Shown one piece after another: positions 19,617 to 28,968 of a stretch of DNA of 64,000 nt. This stretch comes from a virus. Both the position numbers and the translations under genes were made by a program. The stretch spans positions 119,412-183,411 of IMG/VR virus record IMGVR_UViG_3300008255_000099, one strand, 5' to 3'. Within the stretch, counting starts at the first letter, position 1. Each line of letters opens with the position of its first letter. A model generated the notes under the pieces. It had not been told where the DNA came from, made no database searches, and saw only the letters and a program-made list of their open reading frames with translations.

Positions 19617-20864
19617 TTACTCTTCGCTGATATCTTCTTCATCAAAAACATCATATGAATTTGATTCATCAAGATTTTCAGTTTCCATTCTTTTTTCATA
19701 TGCAGCTATTACTTTGTTCTCATAATCTTCAACATCTGAAATCCCTAACTGTTCGATTAATTGTCCAAGTAAATCTTTTTCTATTAAACCATCAAAAAAT
19801 CTAAAGATATTTTTACTTGAAACTAATGCCTGATCTTTTCTCTCAACATTTGGATATTTATAAATTCCTCTTTTTGAATTAATCAATTGAGCATTAGAAA
19901 TAAGATTATAAAAATTTGTGAATTCATCTGGTGGAGAATCTGTAAAGTAAATCGGGAAAAGCATTTCCCCCATCGGTCCTCTAAACCTTGTTTTTACAAT
20001 TTTACAATGACTATAAGCTCCAACTAATTCTTCATCCTCATTGAAAATTCCGAATGAAGACCAACCTTGTTTAGCCATTTCATCGCTTGGTTTCCTATTT
20101 AAATAACTCTTCACAGCTAATCTAACAGATGGGAAAAATTTTAAAGCCCAACCACCAGTTGAACCTTCGTGCTGCCCAGCATAAGGATTTTGGATATTTT
20201 GAGCACGGATTTGGTTGATTAGAATCACACATATTTTTCTATTTCTCATTTTATGTGTTATTTTTCTAATTGCTTTTGACATCATAGCAGCATGTGAACC
20301 AGACTGTTGAGTGTCATCAAGTTTTCTAGTTTGTTCGATGTTAGGAGAAGCAGCAGCTATTGAATCTATTACGATTAAGCTAACATAATCTTTTAAGTCT
20401 TTTGCATCTTCGCTCTCTTTATCTTCATCTATTCTCGGTGCAGCATCTACCAAATGAGAAACAAACTCAAAAGCTTGTTCACCACAATCAAAATAGCTTG
20501 CAACCTGAAAACTATCAGAATGGACATCTATCCCAATGTCTTTAGCCCTATCCGGGTTAAAGCTTCCTTCAAAATCGATCCAAACGGTGTTGCCACCCCT
20601 TTTTTGATTTTCAGCAGAGGTAGTCAAACCAATGTAGCTCTTTCCAGAAGCTTCTGGCCCAAAAATTTCTACTACAATTCCCATCAACGGAAACCCAGGG
20701 ACATCTAAATTCATGTCCAATTCTTTAATCCCTGTTGAAATAACATCTACATTTTTTTCAAGATTATCTATATGTGTGTAATCTATAAAGGCATTCTCTT
20801 TTATTCCAGAGTCTTTTGCCGCATTCTTCAATAAAGCATCTAATGTCATCTTTGTTTTTGCCAT
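19617..20864 (-). CDS. recA: RecA/UvsX recombinase
   Basis: ISTGIKELD; VEIFGPEASGKS; WIDFEGSF; LIVIDSIAA; ILINQIR; TGGWALKFFPSVRL. Confidence 0.93.
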   Translation of the reverse strand: MAKTKMTLDALLKNAAKDSGIKENAFIDYTHIDNLEKNVDVISTGIKELDMNLDVPGFPLMGIVVEIFGPEASGKSYIGLTTSAENQKRGGNTVWIDFEGSFNPDRAKDIGIDVHSDSFQVASYFDCGEQAFEFVSHLVDAAPRIDEDKESEDAKDLKDYVSLIVIDSIAAASPNIEQTRKLDDTQQSGSHAAMMSKAIRKITHKMRNRKICVILINQIRAQNIQNPYAGQHEGSTGGWALKFFPSVRLAVKSYLNRKPSDEMAKQGWSSFGIFNEDEELVGAYSHCKIVKTRFRGPMGEMLFPIYFTDSPPDEFTNFYNLISNAQLINSKRGIYKYPNVERKDQALVSSKNIFRFFDGLIEKDLLGQLIEQLGISDVEDYENKVIAAYEKRMETENLDESNSYDVFDEEDISEE

Positions 20865-20891
20865 ATCTATTCCTTTTAATTAAAAAAAAGA

Positions 20892-20923
20892 TCTTGGCTC
20901 TGGGATTTTTCCCAGAGCCAAGA
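20892..20923 (-). terminator. intrinsic terminator after SSB gene
   Basis: 14-bp perfect stem TCTTGGCTCTGGGA/TCCCAGAGCCAAGA followed by a long T-run on minus strand. Confidence 0.85.
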
Positions 20924-20924
20924 G

Positions 20925-21782
20925 CTAAACAAGCCAATTAGACTCACTATCAGTAACAGCCTCTTCTTCGCCATCATCACCACTAAATTCATCTTCTGCT
21001 GATTTACTTAGTGCTCTTGATGCTCTGTCGAGGATTTCTTCATCATCATCTTCTTCTTCTGCTTCAGAAGGAGAACCAGTTGCCAACGGAGTTGGCTTTG
21101 ACCAAGGAGCAATCGGCCAAAGCTTCAATGCTTCCTCTTTTGTCTTTGCATCAGGGTTAAGGGCGGTGATTGCATCCAGATCGCTTTCGGAAAGTGGTCC
21201 GATATTAGTTAAATCTGGGGTTACTTTGTAATCAGTTCCACCCTTTCTTGATGTCCTTGTTACGGTAATATCAAAATCGGGAACAGAATCAGTCCAAGAC
21301 GAAGGATCTAAGACTTTTCCTTTCGCTTCCATTTTTTCAACAAAATTTTGTATTTGATCTAAAACGGTTGCCGGAGCATCTAAAATCCTAACAGTTCCTG
21401 TCTCTCTATCTAAGACATTGCAAAGATATCTAAGCTGTCTTGAATAACCCCTTGAAGTCCAAGGACAATTCGGGTCTTCAATCGGCTTACCTGTCTCTTC
21501 ATCTATTTTGCAAAATGAATTTCTACTTTTAGATCTGTTGAATTCAGCATCAGGGAATGGTGCATCTTTCAAAATGTTCTTTCCATCTGGACCCTTAACC
21601 CTTTTCTTCCCCCAATGGACAAGAACAGGAGTCGGCACTTCTAGAAATCTAATAGTATATGAGGCAAAAGAACCTTGTTCTTTATCAACATATAATCTTA
21701 AAAACAATTCATTGAAATCAATTCCGCCACGATTGGCATTCATATTCTTACTGGTTAAACCAACTGTACTCCAACTTCTCAT
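20925..21782 (-). CDS. single-stranded DNA-binding protein, gp32-like
   Basis: YTIRFL..VLVHW; RYLCNVLDRETGTVRILD; FDITVTR..GGTDYKV; long acidic tail; adjacent to recA. Confidence 0.7.
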   Translation of the reverse strand: MRSWSTVGLTSKNMNANRGGIDFNELFLRLYVDKEQGSFASYTIRFLEVPTPVLVHWGKKRVKGPDGKNILKDAPFPDAEFNRSKSRNSFCKIDEETGKPIEDPNCPWTSRGYSRQLRYLCNVLDRETGTVRILDAPATVLDQIQNFVEKMEAKGKVLDPSSWTDSVPDFDITVTRTSRKGGTDYKVTPDLTNIGPLSESDLDAITALNPDAKTKEEALKLWPIAPWSKPTPLATGSPSEAEEEDDDEEILDRASRALSKSAEDEFSGDDGEEEAVTDSESNWLV

Positions 21783-21909
21783 AATTTTCCTCCTTGATTT
21801 GGTTGAGCATTAAACTCACAATTTAAATTAATTTAGGTTTTTTAAGTTTTTTTAGTTTATTTTTGCATCTTTCGATTCAGTCGAATCGATCCTTTGATGC
21901 TATCTTTCT

Positions 21910-21917
21910 ATTATACA
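21910..21917 (-). promoter_or_regulatory. putative -10 box (TGTATAAT) upstream of SSB
   Basis: TGTATAAT on minus strand; leader contains hairpin TCGATTC-AGTC-GAATCGA. Confidence 0.6.
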
Positions 21918-21935
21918 AAAGAACGAAATATTCCT

Positions 21936-22643
21936 CTATTTTTCTTTTATATTTTTGAGATTCCATGACTTATTTTGGCTATTTGCATTTGGTAATTCTG
22001 AGATTAATTCTTCGTATTCTTCAGGGTCATCATATTGTGATTCAGAACCAAATTGTTTTGTAACCATGTCGCCAGATCCCACAGTCGCCCCACTCATTCT
22101 ACTCTGATTTTCAAAAGATCTAATGATCCCATTAATCATGTAGTATTGTTGGGTCATATCGTTATAAAGTTTATCAACAATTTCAGACGCATCATCTGCA
22201 TCTCCTGATTTTCTAATAAATTCTGCTAATTTTTCTGATGCATATCCTTTCCTTCCGGTCTCATTTTTGACATCTGTTCTAGCCATCAGGATTGACTGCA
22301 TCTCTTTTAAAGCTCTTTTCTTTTCATTAGAATTTTTTTTAATTAATAAAGCTATTTTACTTAAAGAATTGTATGCATTATAAATTCTACTATAAATATA
22401 TTTTGCCTCTTCATAATCCATATTTGATTCTATGTCTGGAAGATCAACAATATCAATTGCTCTTTTGATTAAAACATTATAATCTAGTTCTTTAATGTTG
22501 TTAAATGCTTTTTTCCAATTATAAATAATTTCATCATCTTCGACTTCTCTTGTTGCGTCTTCAAAATCTTCAGTTGAACCAAAGAGAACATCTAACCCAT
22601 ATTCTTCTTCAAAGTTTTTAATATTAGACATAGTATTCACCAA
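21936..22643 (-). CDS. hypothetical helical protein (possible UvsY-like recombination mediator)
   Basis: 235 aa, coiled-coil character; function guessed only from position next to SSB and RecA. Confidence 0.55.
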   Translation of the reverse strand: MVNTMSNIKNFEEEYGLDVLFGSTEDFEDATREVEDDEIIYNWKKAFNNIKELDYNVLIKRAIDIVDLPDIESNMDYEEAKYIYSRIYNAYNSLSKIALLIKKNSNEKKRALKEMQSILMARTDVKNETGRKGYASEKLAEFIRKSGDADDASEIVDKLYNDMTQQYYMINGIIRSFENQSRMSGATVGSGDMVTKQFGSESQYDDPEEYEELISELPNANSQNKSWNLKNIKEK

Positions 22644-22985
22644 TTATTCTATTTCCGGTAAAACTTCTTCAAGTTTAACAGAAGCGGCTGATGTTTTTGG
22701 TTTTTCAGCAAGCTTTTGTGGCATCCCGGTAGATGCTCTCCGATTATATTGTCTTTCAATAAAATTCCATTGTTTAATAATATCTTGATTACAATCAAGA
22801 AATATATTTTTGTGTATTAAATTTGTTTCTTCGTCTGTTAAATCACCTTCGATTGTGACAGACCTCGAAGAATTAAGATCAACAGATTCAAAATTCCCCG
22901 TATTTATTTTTATAGTGAAAGAAACACCGACTGTTCTTTCTTTTACATTTTTGTCAGCCAGTATTTCTTCTAATTCACTTGACAT
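22644..22985 (-). CDS. hypothetical protein
   Basis: 113 aa, GGAGG RBS; TIKINTGNFESVDL motif. Confidence 0.75.
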   Translation of the reverse strand: MSSELEEILADKNVKERTVGVSFTIKINTGNFESVDLNSSRSVTIEGDLTDEETNLIHKNIFLDCNQDIIKQWNFIERQYNRRASTGMPQKLAEKPKTSAASVKLEEVLPEIE

Positions 22986-23002
22986 AATTTCCTCCAGTCC
23001 TC

Positions 23003-23041
23003 GCTAATCAGTGGCTCTATTATACAACGGCACCGATTAGC
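23003..23041 (-). promoter_or_regulatory. inverted repeat enclosing a TGTATAAT -10 box
   Basis: 11-bp arms GCTAATCGGTG/CACTGATTAGC (one G-T) around a 17-nt loop containing TGTATAAT. Confidence 0.65.
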
Positions 23042-23053
23042 CATAATTTATTT

Positions 23054-26000
23054 CTAAAATGGAAGTTTATCTGAATCACCATCAATTATTTCAGACCAAT
23101 CGCTAGATAGATTAAATAAATCTGATAAATCTTCTGGTACATCTTTCTCAAATTCTTCCGTTTTCTTTATTTTTGTGATTTCATTTTTGATATCGACTAT
23201 CATTTCTTTCATTTGATTTCTACCGATATTCAATGCTACATCTGAAATAAAACAATCACAAGCACCACCATCAATTAGCTTTTCCAGAACCATTTTGTTA
23301 GGTCTCGCTCTATAACAAAAATCTTTAAAATTCTTGTATTGTTGTGTCTCTCTTGATTCTATTACACTAATAGCATTTTTACCAATACCTTTAATGAAAT
23401 TCAAAGGAAGGACGATTGCAAATTCACCAGAATTTTCATAATTATAATCGACAAAACAATCAAGTGTTGATGTATTAACATTTGGATAAACAAAAAGAAT
23501 ATTAGCATTTGTTTGTTTGTTGATCTTGTTAATTTCATCTATGTACATCAAAACTTTATCTTCTTTTTCTATATCTTCATTGATGCTTGCTGCATACCAT
23601 TCATGCGGGAAATAATTAAGAAGATAAGCGTTCCAATAAGCGCTTAATCCATAAACTGTGCTGTGAGCTTTGTTGAAACTATAACTAGCAAAATCTTGTG
23701 CTAAATTCCAAATTCTTTGAACTACATCTTTTGAATAATTATTTCTTTCTGCACCATCAAAAAATTTCTTTCTGCACCATTCGAAAAGATCACCATCTTT
23801 TTTGCCAACTGCTTTTCTTAAAACATCGGCTTCTGAAAGTGTAAACCCTCCAACAACTTGAGCTATTTGCATGATCTGTTCTTGATAAACTAAAATTCCA
23901 TAAGTACTTTCAAGAATTGGTTCTAGATCTTTATGAATATATTTAATCTTGTCTGGATTCTTTTTGTTTTCAGCATAGGTAATCCCCGGTGTCCATTTAG
24001 GATCTTTCTCTGGATCCCTTTGTTTATCATACATGTCTTTTGAGATGTATTTCATTGGGCCAGGACGATTCAAAGCGTTGATTGCAACAATATCATTAAA
24101 ACTATCAACACCAACCTGCTGTGGCTTCAACATTTCTTTCACATGAGGCCGCCAAAATTGAAAAACAGTCGAGGTCCATCCTTGTGAAAAGATACTCAAA
24201 GCACCCTTATCATTTCTATCTACAGATCTAAAATCAATTTCGATGCCATCATCTGGCCTATTCTTAATATATTCTAAACATCTAGAAAGCTTTCCAACAT
24301 TTGACAGACCAAGAAAATCGAATTTAATGTATCCTGCACTTTCCATGTCTGACAAATCAAACTGTGACACAATTGCATCTTTTGCTTTATGAAGAGGAAT
24401 TTTATCCATCAAATTATGTGGCGAAATGACTACCCCAGCAGCATGTTCAGAAACTGCACTAAAAGCAGATCCTTCAATAATCGCTGCGTTGTCCACCACA
24501 GAGCGTTTTACACCAAGCCGACGGAGCGCCTGTGAGACCTCCTTAGCCTTGAGAGCATCAACAATGCTCTCTGCCCCCTTCGGGATAGCCTTGGACACGC
24601 TGAGGGCATCCTCGTGGTTTATACCGGCATCCTTGAGCGCCCCAACGAGGCAAGAGCGGGTCGAGAAGCCCTGATAAGTTCCAATGTTAACAACATGATC
24701 TTGTCCATACTTTTCAATGACATATTCAATAACTTCATGCCTTCTCTTATGATCAAAGTCAGAATCGACATCGGGCAAAGAGCCCATTTTGTAAACTTCG
24801 AGCGGGCCATCGGGTGCCTCTTGAACAAGATCTAGGCAATAAGCGATCCATGAGTTTACAGGGTTTCCATCAATCTGGATGTCTTTGCTAATCAAATCGT
24901 AGTAATAGTTATCAAGATTTTGATTTTCCAATGGCAATATTTCTCGAATTAAGCTTGGGGTGTATTGGCGGAATTGATCGCTTTCCATCATCTTCCCAAC
25001 AAGTTCTCTTAATTTACCAGTTGATTCTGTTTCGCCGCCATCTTCTTTCCATTGAGAAACCGGATATTCTTTAAATTCGAATTTGTATTGACTTGAACGA
25101 CCAGGATTTAAGAATCTTTCAAACATCAGGTTGAGTTCTGGATCTAATGGATCAACGAAAGAAATCTCAAGCAGATAGAGGACAAGAGAACCAGCGCCAC
25201 TATTATGTACAACAAAATTTTGTGTTAAATATGAAGAATCATCATCAATTGATAAATCATAAACAAAATCATTTGTTGTTTCTGAAATATTCTTAATTTT
25301 TATAAAATAACCATCTTCTAGATTTGAATGTTTTTTATCTTTTTCAAGTTCTAATCCCTTAAATCTTATCCTATATGATTCTTTACAATTATAATTACCA
25401 ATTTTATAAGGAGCACTCCTACTTATATAATTTGGTATTTTTAGGTATAATAAACATTCTCTTAAATCTAATAATAATCTATAACTAGTTGTATCTATAT
25501 TCTCTCTTTTAATTTTTTTAGATAATTCATTACTTCCATTTGAATGTTTTAAACCCAATAACAATTGTCTTAATAAAGAATCTTTTACATATTTAAATTT
25601 ACCGATATATTTTGTAGATGAGGAAAATTTATAATCTTTAAATAGACATGAAAATAGTTTGGTTATAATTTTATTATAAATATGTACTTGAATAAGATTT
25701 TTGTCTTTATGTTTAGTTATTTTAGGATTTAATCCTAGTTTTTCTAAATAAAGACATATTCTATTTATTCCATTAAAATCTTCAGAATGAAAAGATATTC
25801 CTAATCTATATTTTTTTTCTTCTTCAGAATGCTCATACCATCCGTCTCCAATCCATCTCCCACAAAAATAAAACCAATCTTCATCTTGTTCTATATATCT
25901 AGAAAATCTTGTGGTCTCATTTTTTGTTAATGGATTAATTAATATTATTTCATCATCTGTTGTTTTATAATTACTATCAACAAATTCAGATAAATCTATT

Positions 26001-27535
26001 TTTTCAAAATCTATTATTTTTCTATTTGGATATTTTACAAAAAGCATATCTCCAACAGTCAGTTCCTCCGCAGTAAACCATTCTGGATTTGGATTAAAAT
26101 CATATTTTTTACACTTAAAAGGAAGAGACCAATTATTTTTTTGTGGTAATTTATATCTATGTGTTTCATATACTTTGGAACCTAAAATTTTATGATCTTT
26201 AGTTAAAGTAATTGAATCAAATGAATTTTCTGTTTTTATATTTAAAAGTTTTTCATTTAAAATATTATATTTAAAAGTATTTTTTACTTTTTGGCTTTTA
26301 CCAGAGTGTGTAAATACTGAATCCCCAATTTTTATTTCATCCAATCTCTTAAAACCATCATCTTTTGTTAAAACAAGAGCATCTCCTGTTAAACAGCCAC
26401 GCCCAGGACCTACGCCAATCCCTTTTTCTTTGCAAAATCTGAAGATATCCCAAAGAATTAGGAAGTATTCTTCTGTTCCCATCTCAAAAATTTTATCAAG
26501 CTCAAATCTAGTTCTATCTTTATATTCCTGTTTTTCAAATAATGAAAATGTTTTTAATCCTTTGATTGCAAGATATTTTAAAAACGCTTGATGGTCTGTG
26601 AAATGAGGCATTTTAGATGCCTTCCAAGATTCAAATTCATCTGTTTTTTCAATTGAGAACGCTGGGAACTTCCAAGTTGTTTTGATTGGGAAACGATATT
26701 CACATTTTTCTGCTATTTCCATGGTGTTTTTGCAAGCATCCGGCACCTCTGAAAATAATTCGTACATTTCTTCTGCTGATCTTAAATAGAATTGATCTGA
26801 ACCATATCCTATCCCACTATTCTCCGTGTTTTTCATTCGAAGATGTTTTAACAAAGTGTGGGCATTTGCATGATTTTGGAAGATATAATGGACATCGTTT
26901 GCAGCTACAAGTTTAATTCCATGTTTTCTTGACATTTCAATCATAAACTTGATAATTGGTTTTTCTATTTCAAGACCATGATTTTGAATTTCGAGATAAT
27001 AATCTTCTCCAATAATTTCTCTCCATTCACAGATTATCTTTTCAGCAGCTTCAAAATTGCCCTTTAAGACTTCTTGTGGCGCAATTCCAGATGGGCATCC
27101 AGAAGTAACAACTAATCCATCTAATCTTTTTTCAACGACAGACCAATCAACCCTTGGTTCATAATAATAACCTTCTGTTGCACCAATGTTGGCCATCTCA
27201 ACAAGATTTTTATATCCTGTCTCATTTTTGCAAAGCATTGTGATATGGTTGTGCTTTGGTCTCTTCATTTTTCCATCACGGAGAACATTTTGCTTTACTT
27301 TCATGTCTCCCTGATAAAAATAAATCTCATTCCCAACAATTCCTTCAATTCCAACTTCCGAACATCTTTTTGCAAATCTGATAATCCCACCCATTCTTCC
27401 ATGGTCAGTGATTGCTAGGTGTGAAAACCCTAACTCTTTTGCTCGATCAACAAGATCTTCTACCTTGTTCAAACCGTCATTAATTGAAAACATCGTATGG
27501 CAGTGGAGGTGGCAGTATTGGTCTGATTTTATCAT
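23054..27535 (-). CDS. dnaE: DNA polymerase III alpha subunit (family C) with intein
   Basis: PHP HLHCHTMFSINDG and AITDHG; GPGRG|SGAGSLVLY; LPDVDSDF; HAAGVVIS; KFDFLGL; TYGILVYQEQIMQ; FNKAHS; IKGIG HhH. Confidence 0.96.
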   Translation of the reverse strand: MIKSDQYCHLHCHTMFSINDGLNKVEDLVDRAKELGFSHLAITDHGRMGGIIRFAKRCSEVGIEGIVGNEIYFYQGDMKVKQNVLRDGKMKRPKHNHITMLCKNETGYKNLVEMANIGATEGYYYEPRVDWSVVEKRLDGLVVTSGCPSGIAPQEVLKGNFEAAEKIICEWREIIGEDYYLEIQNHGLEIEKPIIKFMIEMSRKHGIKLVAANDVHYIFQNHANAHTLLKHLRMKNTENSGIGYGSDQFYLRSAEEMYELFSEVPDACKNTMEIAEKCEYRFPIKTTWKFPAFSIEKTDEFESWKASKMPHFTDHQAFLKYLAIKGLKTFSLFEKQEYKDRTRFELDKIFEMGTEEYFLILWDIFRFCKEKGIGVGPGRGCLTGDALVLTKDDGFKRLDEIKIGDSVFTHSGKSQKVKNTFKYNILNEKLLNIKTENSFDSITLTKDHKILGSKVYETHRYKLPQKNNWSLPFKCKKYDFNPNPEWFTAEELTVGDMLFVKYPNRKIIDFEKIDLSEFVDSNYKTTDDEIILINPLTKNETTRFSRYIEQDEDWFYFCGRWIGDGWYEHSEEEKKYRLGISFHSEDFNGINRICLYLEKLGLNPKITKHKDKNLIQVHIYNKIITKLFSCLFKDYKFSSSTKYIGKFKYVKDSLLRQLLLGLKHSNGSNELSKKIKRENIDTTSYRLLLDLRECLLYLKIPNYISRSAPYKIGNYNCKESYRIRFKGLELEKDKKHSNLEDGYFIKIKNISETTNDFVYDLSIDDDSSYLTQNFVVHNSGAGSLVLYLLEISFVDPLDPELNLMFERFLNPGRSSQYKFEFKEYPVSQWKEDGGETESTGKLRELVGKMMESDQFRQYTPSLIREILPLENQNLDNYYYDLISKDIQIDGNPVNSWIAYCLDLVQEAPDGPLEVYKMGSLPDVDSDFDHKRRHEVIEYVIEKYGQDHVVNIGTYQGFSTRSCLVGALKDAGINHEDALSVSKAIPKGAESIVDALKAKEVSQALRRLGVKRSVVDNAAIIEGSAFSAVSEHAAGVVISPHNLMDKIPLHKAKDAIVSQFDLSDMESAGYIKFDFLGLSNVGKLSRCLEYIKNRPDDGIEIDFRSVDRNDKGALSIFSQGWTSTVFQFWRPHVKEMLKPQQVGVDSFNDIVAINALNRPGPMKYISKDMYDKQRDPEKDPKWTPGITYAENKKNPDKIKYIHKDLEPILESTYGILVYQEQIMQIAQVVGGFTLSEADVLRKAVGKKDGDLFEWCRKKFFDGAERNNYSKDVVQRIWNLAQDFASYSFNKAHSTVYGLSAYWNAYLLNYFPHEWYAASINEDIEKEDKVLMYIDEINKINKQTNANILFVYPNVNTSTLDCFVDYNYENSGEFAIVLPLNFIKGIGKNAISVIESRETQQYKNFKDFCYRARPNKMVLEKLIDGGACDCFISDVALNIGRNQMKEMIVDIKNEITKIKKTEEFEKDVPEDLSDLFNLSSDWSEIIDGDSDKLPF
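25202..26395 (-). mobile_element. intein in DnaE (398 aa) with probably degenerate LAGLIDADG endonuclease
   Basis: GPGRG|CLTGDALV...SYLTQNFVVHN|SGAG; block C FCGRWIGDG; block E LLLGLKHSNG lacks the catalytic acid. Confidence 0.94.
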
Positions 27536-27557
27536 TTTCTCTCCTTTTTTGAGTGCT

Positions 27558-27668
27558 CTAAATTAGCCCCTCAAAATTTTCTTCCTGTGTTGCAGATTCT
27601 ACCTCAAAACCAGAATCGTCAGCTTAGTTTCTTTCTGGAATTCTTGATGGGACATCTTTGAGTTTCAT
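27558..27668 (-). pseudogene. gap-filling small ORF with in-frame TAA
   Basis: ATGA overlap with upstream stop; MKLKDVPSRIPERN*ADDSGFEVESATQEENFEGLI; TAA at 27624-27626. Confidence 0.3.
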
Positions 27669-28252
27669 ATTTTGTCTTCCCATGTTTCTACTTTGTGGTG
27701 GTATCTTGTGATATTTCCAACAACATATCCAAGGATTTGATCTTCTGTTAAAACTTCTATTTCTTTCTCGGCTTTTGCTTCTGTATAATAATCATCACAT
27801 TTTTGAGTTCGGCCTTTGAATTTCCCTGTTGTGAAAAAGGGACTTGCTTCCGTGTCCCAATGATCACCAACACAATCAACAAATTTTTTATGATATTCTA
27901 TTTCTTTCTTTTTTTGTTCTTCTGTGAATTTAACGATGATATATTTTGTTTGACAATGTATTTCTTTACACCGACATTTTTCTTCAGAAATTCTATCAAA
28001 ATCATCGTCGGTAATTTCTCCATTTTCAAACTTGTCAAACAAATCATCTGATTCATTCATACAAAAATCACAAGCATCATAAACTCTGTTGGGGTCTTCT
28101 ATCTTAAAAAAACATAAATCCTCATTAAAATTACAAGTTCCTGAAAGAATCCCATCCCAATAATCATGGACCCAAAGAAGACAAAAGTTTTTTGGATCAA
28201 GTTCTTTTAATTTTTCTATTTCTAAATCTTTTATCTCAAAATTAATCTTCAT
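27665..28252 (-). CDS. hypothetical protein
   Basis: 195 aa ORF with scattered Cys/His. Confidence 0.75.
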   Translation of the reverse strand: MKINFEIKDLEIEKLKELDPKNFCLLWVHDYWDGILSGTCNFNEDLCFFKIEDPNRVYDACDFCMNESDDLFDKFENGEITDDDFDRISEEKCRCKEIHCQTKYIIVKFTEEQKKKEIEYHKKFVDCVGDHWDTEASPFFTTGKFKGRTQKCDDYYTEAKAEKEIEVLTEDQILGYVVGNITRYHHKVETWEDKI

Positions 28253-28309
28253 TTTTTCTTTTCTATAACTATTTTTGAAACAACATAATTATCACGAGCA
28301 GCATCATCA

Positions 28310-28798
28310 TTAATTATTAGCATAATTATTTCTTAATGGAGCAATTTTTTTCCCACCTCTCAAATCATATCTAGCAAAAAGATTTTTTACTGGTAAGTAT
28401 TTTGTCTCCAATATTGGATACAAAGATATTAATTTATTTTCTTGTTTGTATATTGATAAATACTTAGTCCCATCTTTTTCTTTATTTAAATGTTTTATTA
28501 ATTCATCAAGATATAATTTTTTAAGAATTATTTTTGCTATTTCAGTGAAGGTGGAGTTTATTGGATATATAAAAAGTGGTTTCATTTCAATTTTATTAGA
28601 ATAAGCTGTTCCAAAGAAAAAGTATTCTTCCAATGTAGAAAGAGATATTAGTTTTACTGCACTTTTATTTCCGGTCAAATTTGTTTTTAAATACTCTTCT
28701 GTCCAAATAGTTAAAAAGTCACATTTTTCTATTTCTTCTATTTTTGGGAAATTAAAATCACTAAAAAGATTCATAACTTTTTCAATTTTTTCTTTCAT
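28310..28798 (-). CDS. hypothetical protein
   Basis: 162 aa ORF. Confidence 0.7.
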   Translation of the reverse strand: MKEKIEKVMNLFSDFNFPKIEEIEKCDFLTIWTEEYLKTNLTGNKSAVKLISLSTLEEYFFFGTAYSNKIEMKPLFIYPINSTFTEIAKIILKKLYLDELIKHLNKEKDGTKYLSIYKQENKLISLYPILETKYLPVKNLFARYDLRGGKKIAPLRNNYANN

Positions 28799-28968
28799 TA
28801 TTTAACCTTCTTTCTTGTTCTTACAATTTTGCGGGTCCATATTTTGGAACAAACCTTTTGGTGCTTCAAGATATATTCTTTTGAACTAGCACCAACGGGA
28901 ATTGTACTATTTTTCTTACAAATTTATCCTATAATATAAATCTCTATTTCTTCTTTTAAGTCCTTCAC
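28798..28968 (-). pseudogene. gap-filling small ORF with in-frame TAA
   Basis: GTG overlaps the upstream TGA and the final TAA overlaps the next ATG; MKDLKEEIEIYIIG*ICKKNSTIPVGASSKEYILKHQKVCSKIWTRKIVRTRKKVK; TAA at 28924-28926. Confidence 0.45.

Noticed and set aside
24426-24835. Overlapping alternative-frame and antisense ORFs in dnaE (likewise in nrdJ, the AAA ATPase, E1 and the 846-aa gene)
   Set aside because: Shadow ORFs expected where GC is locally high; no RBS or recognisable motifs
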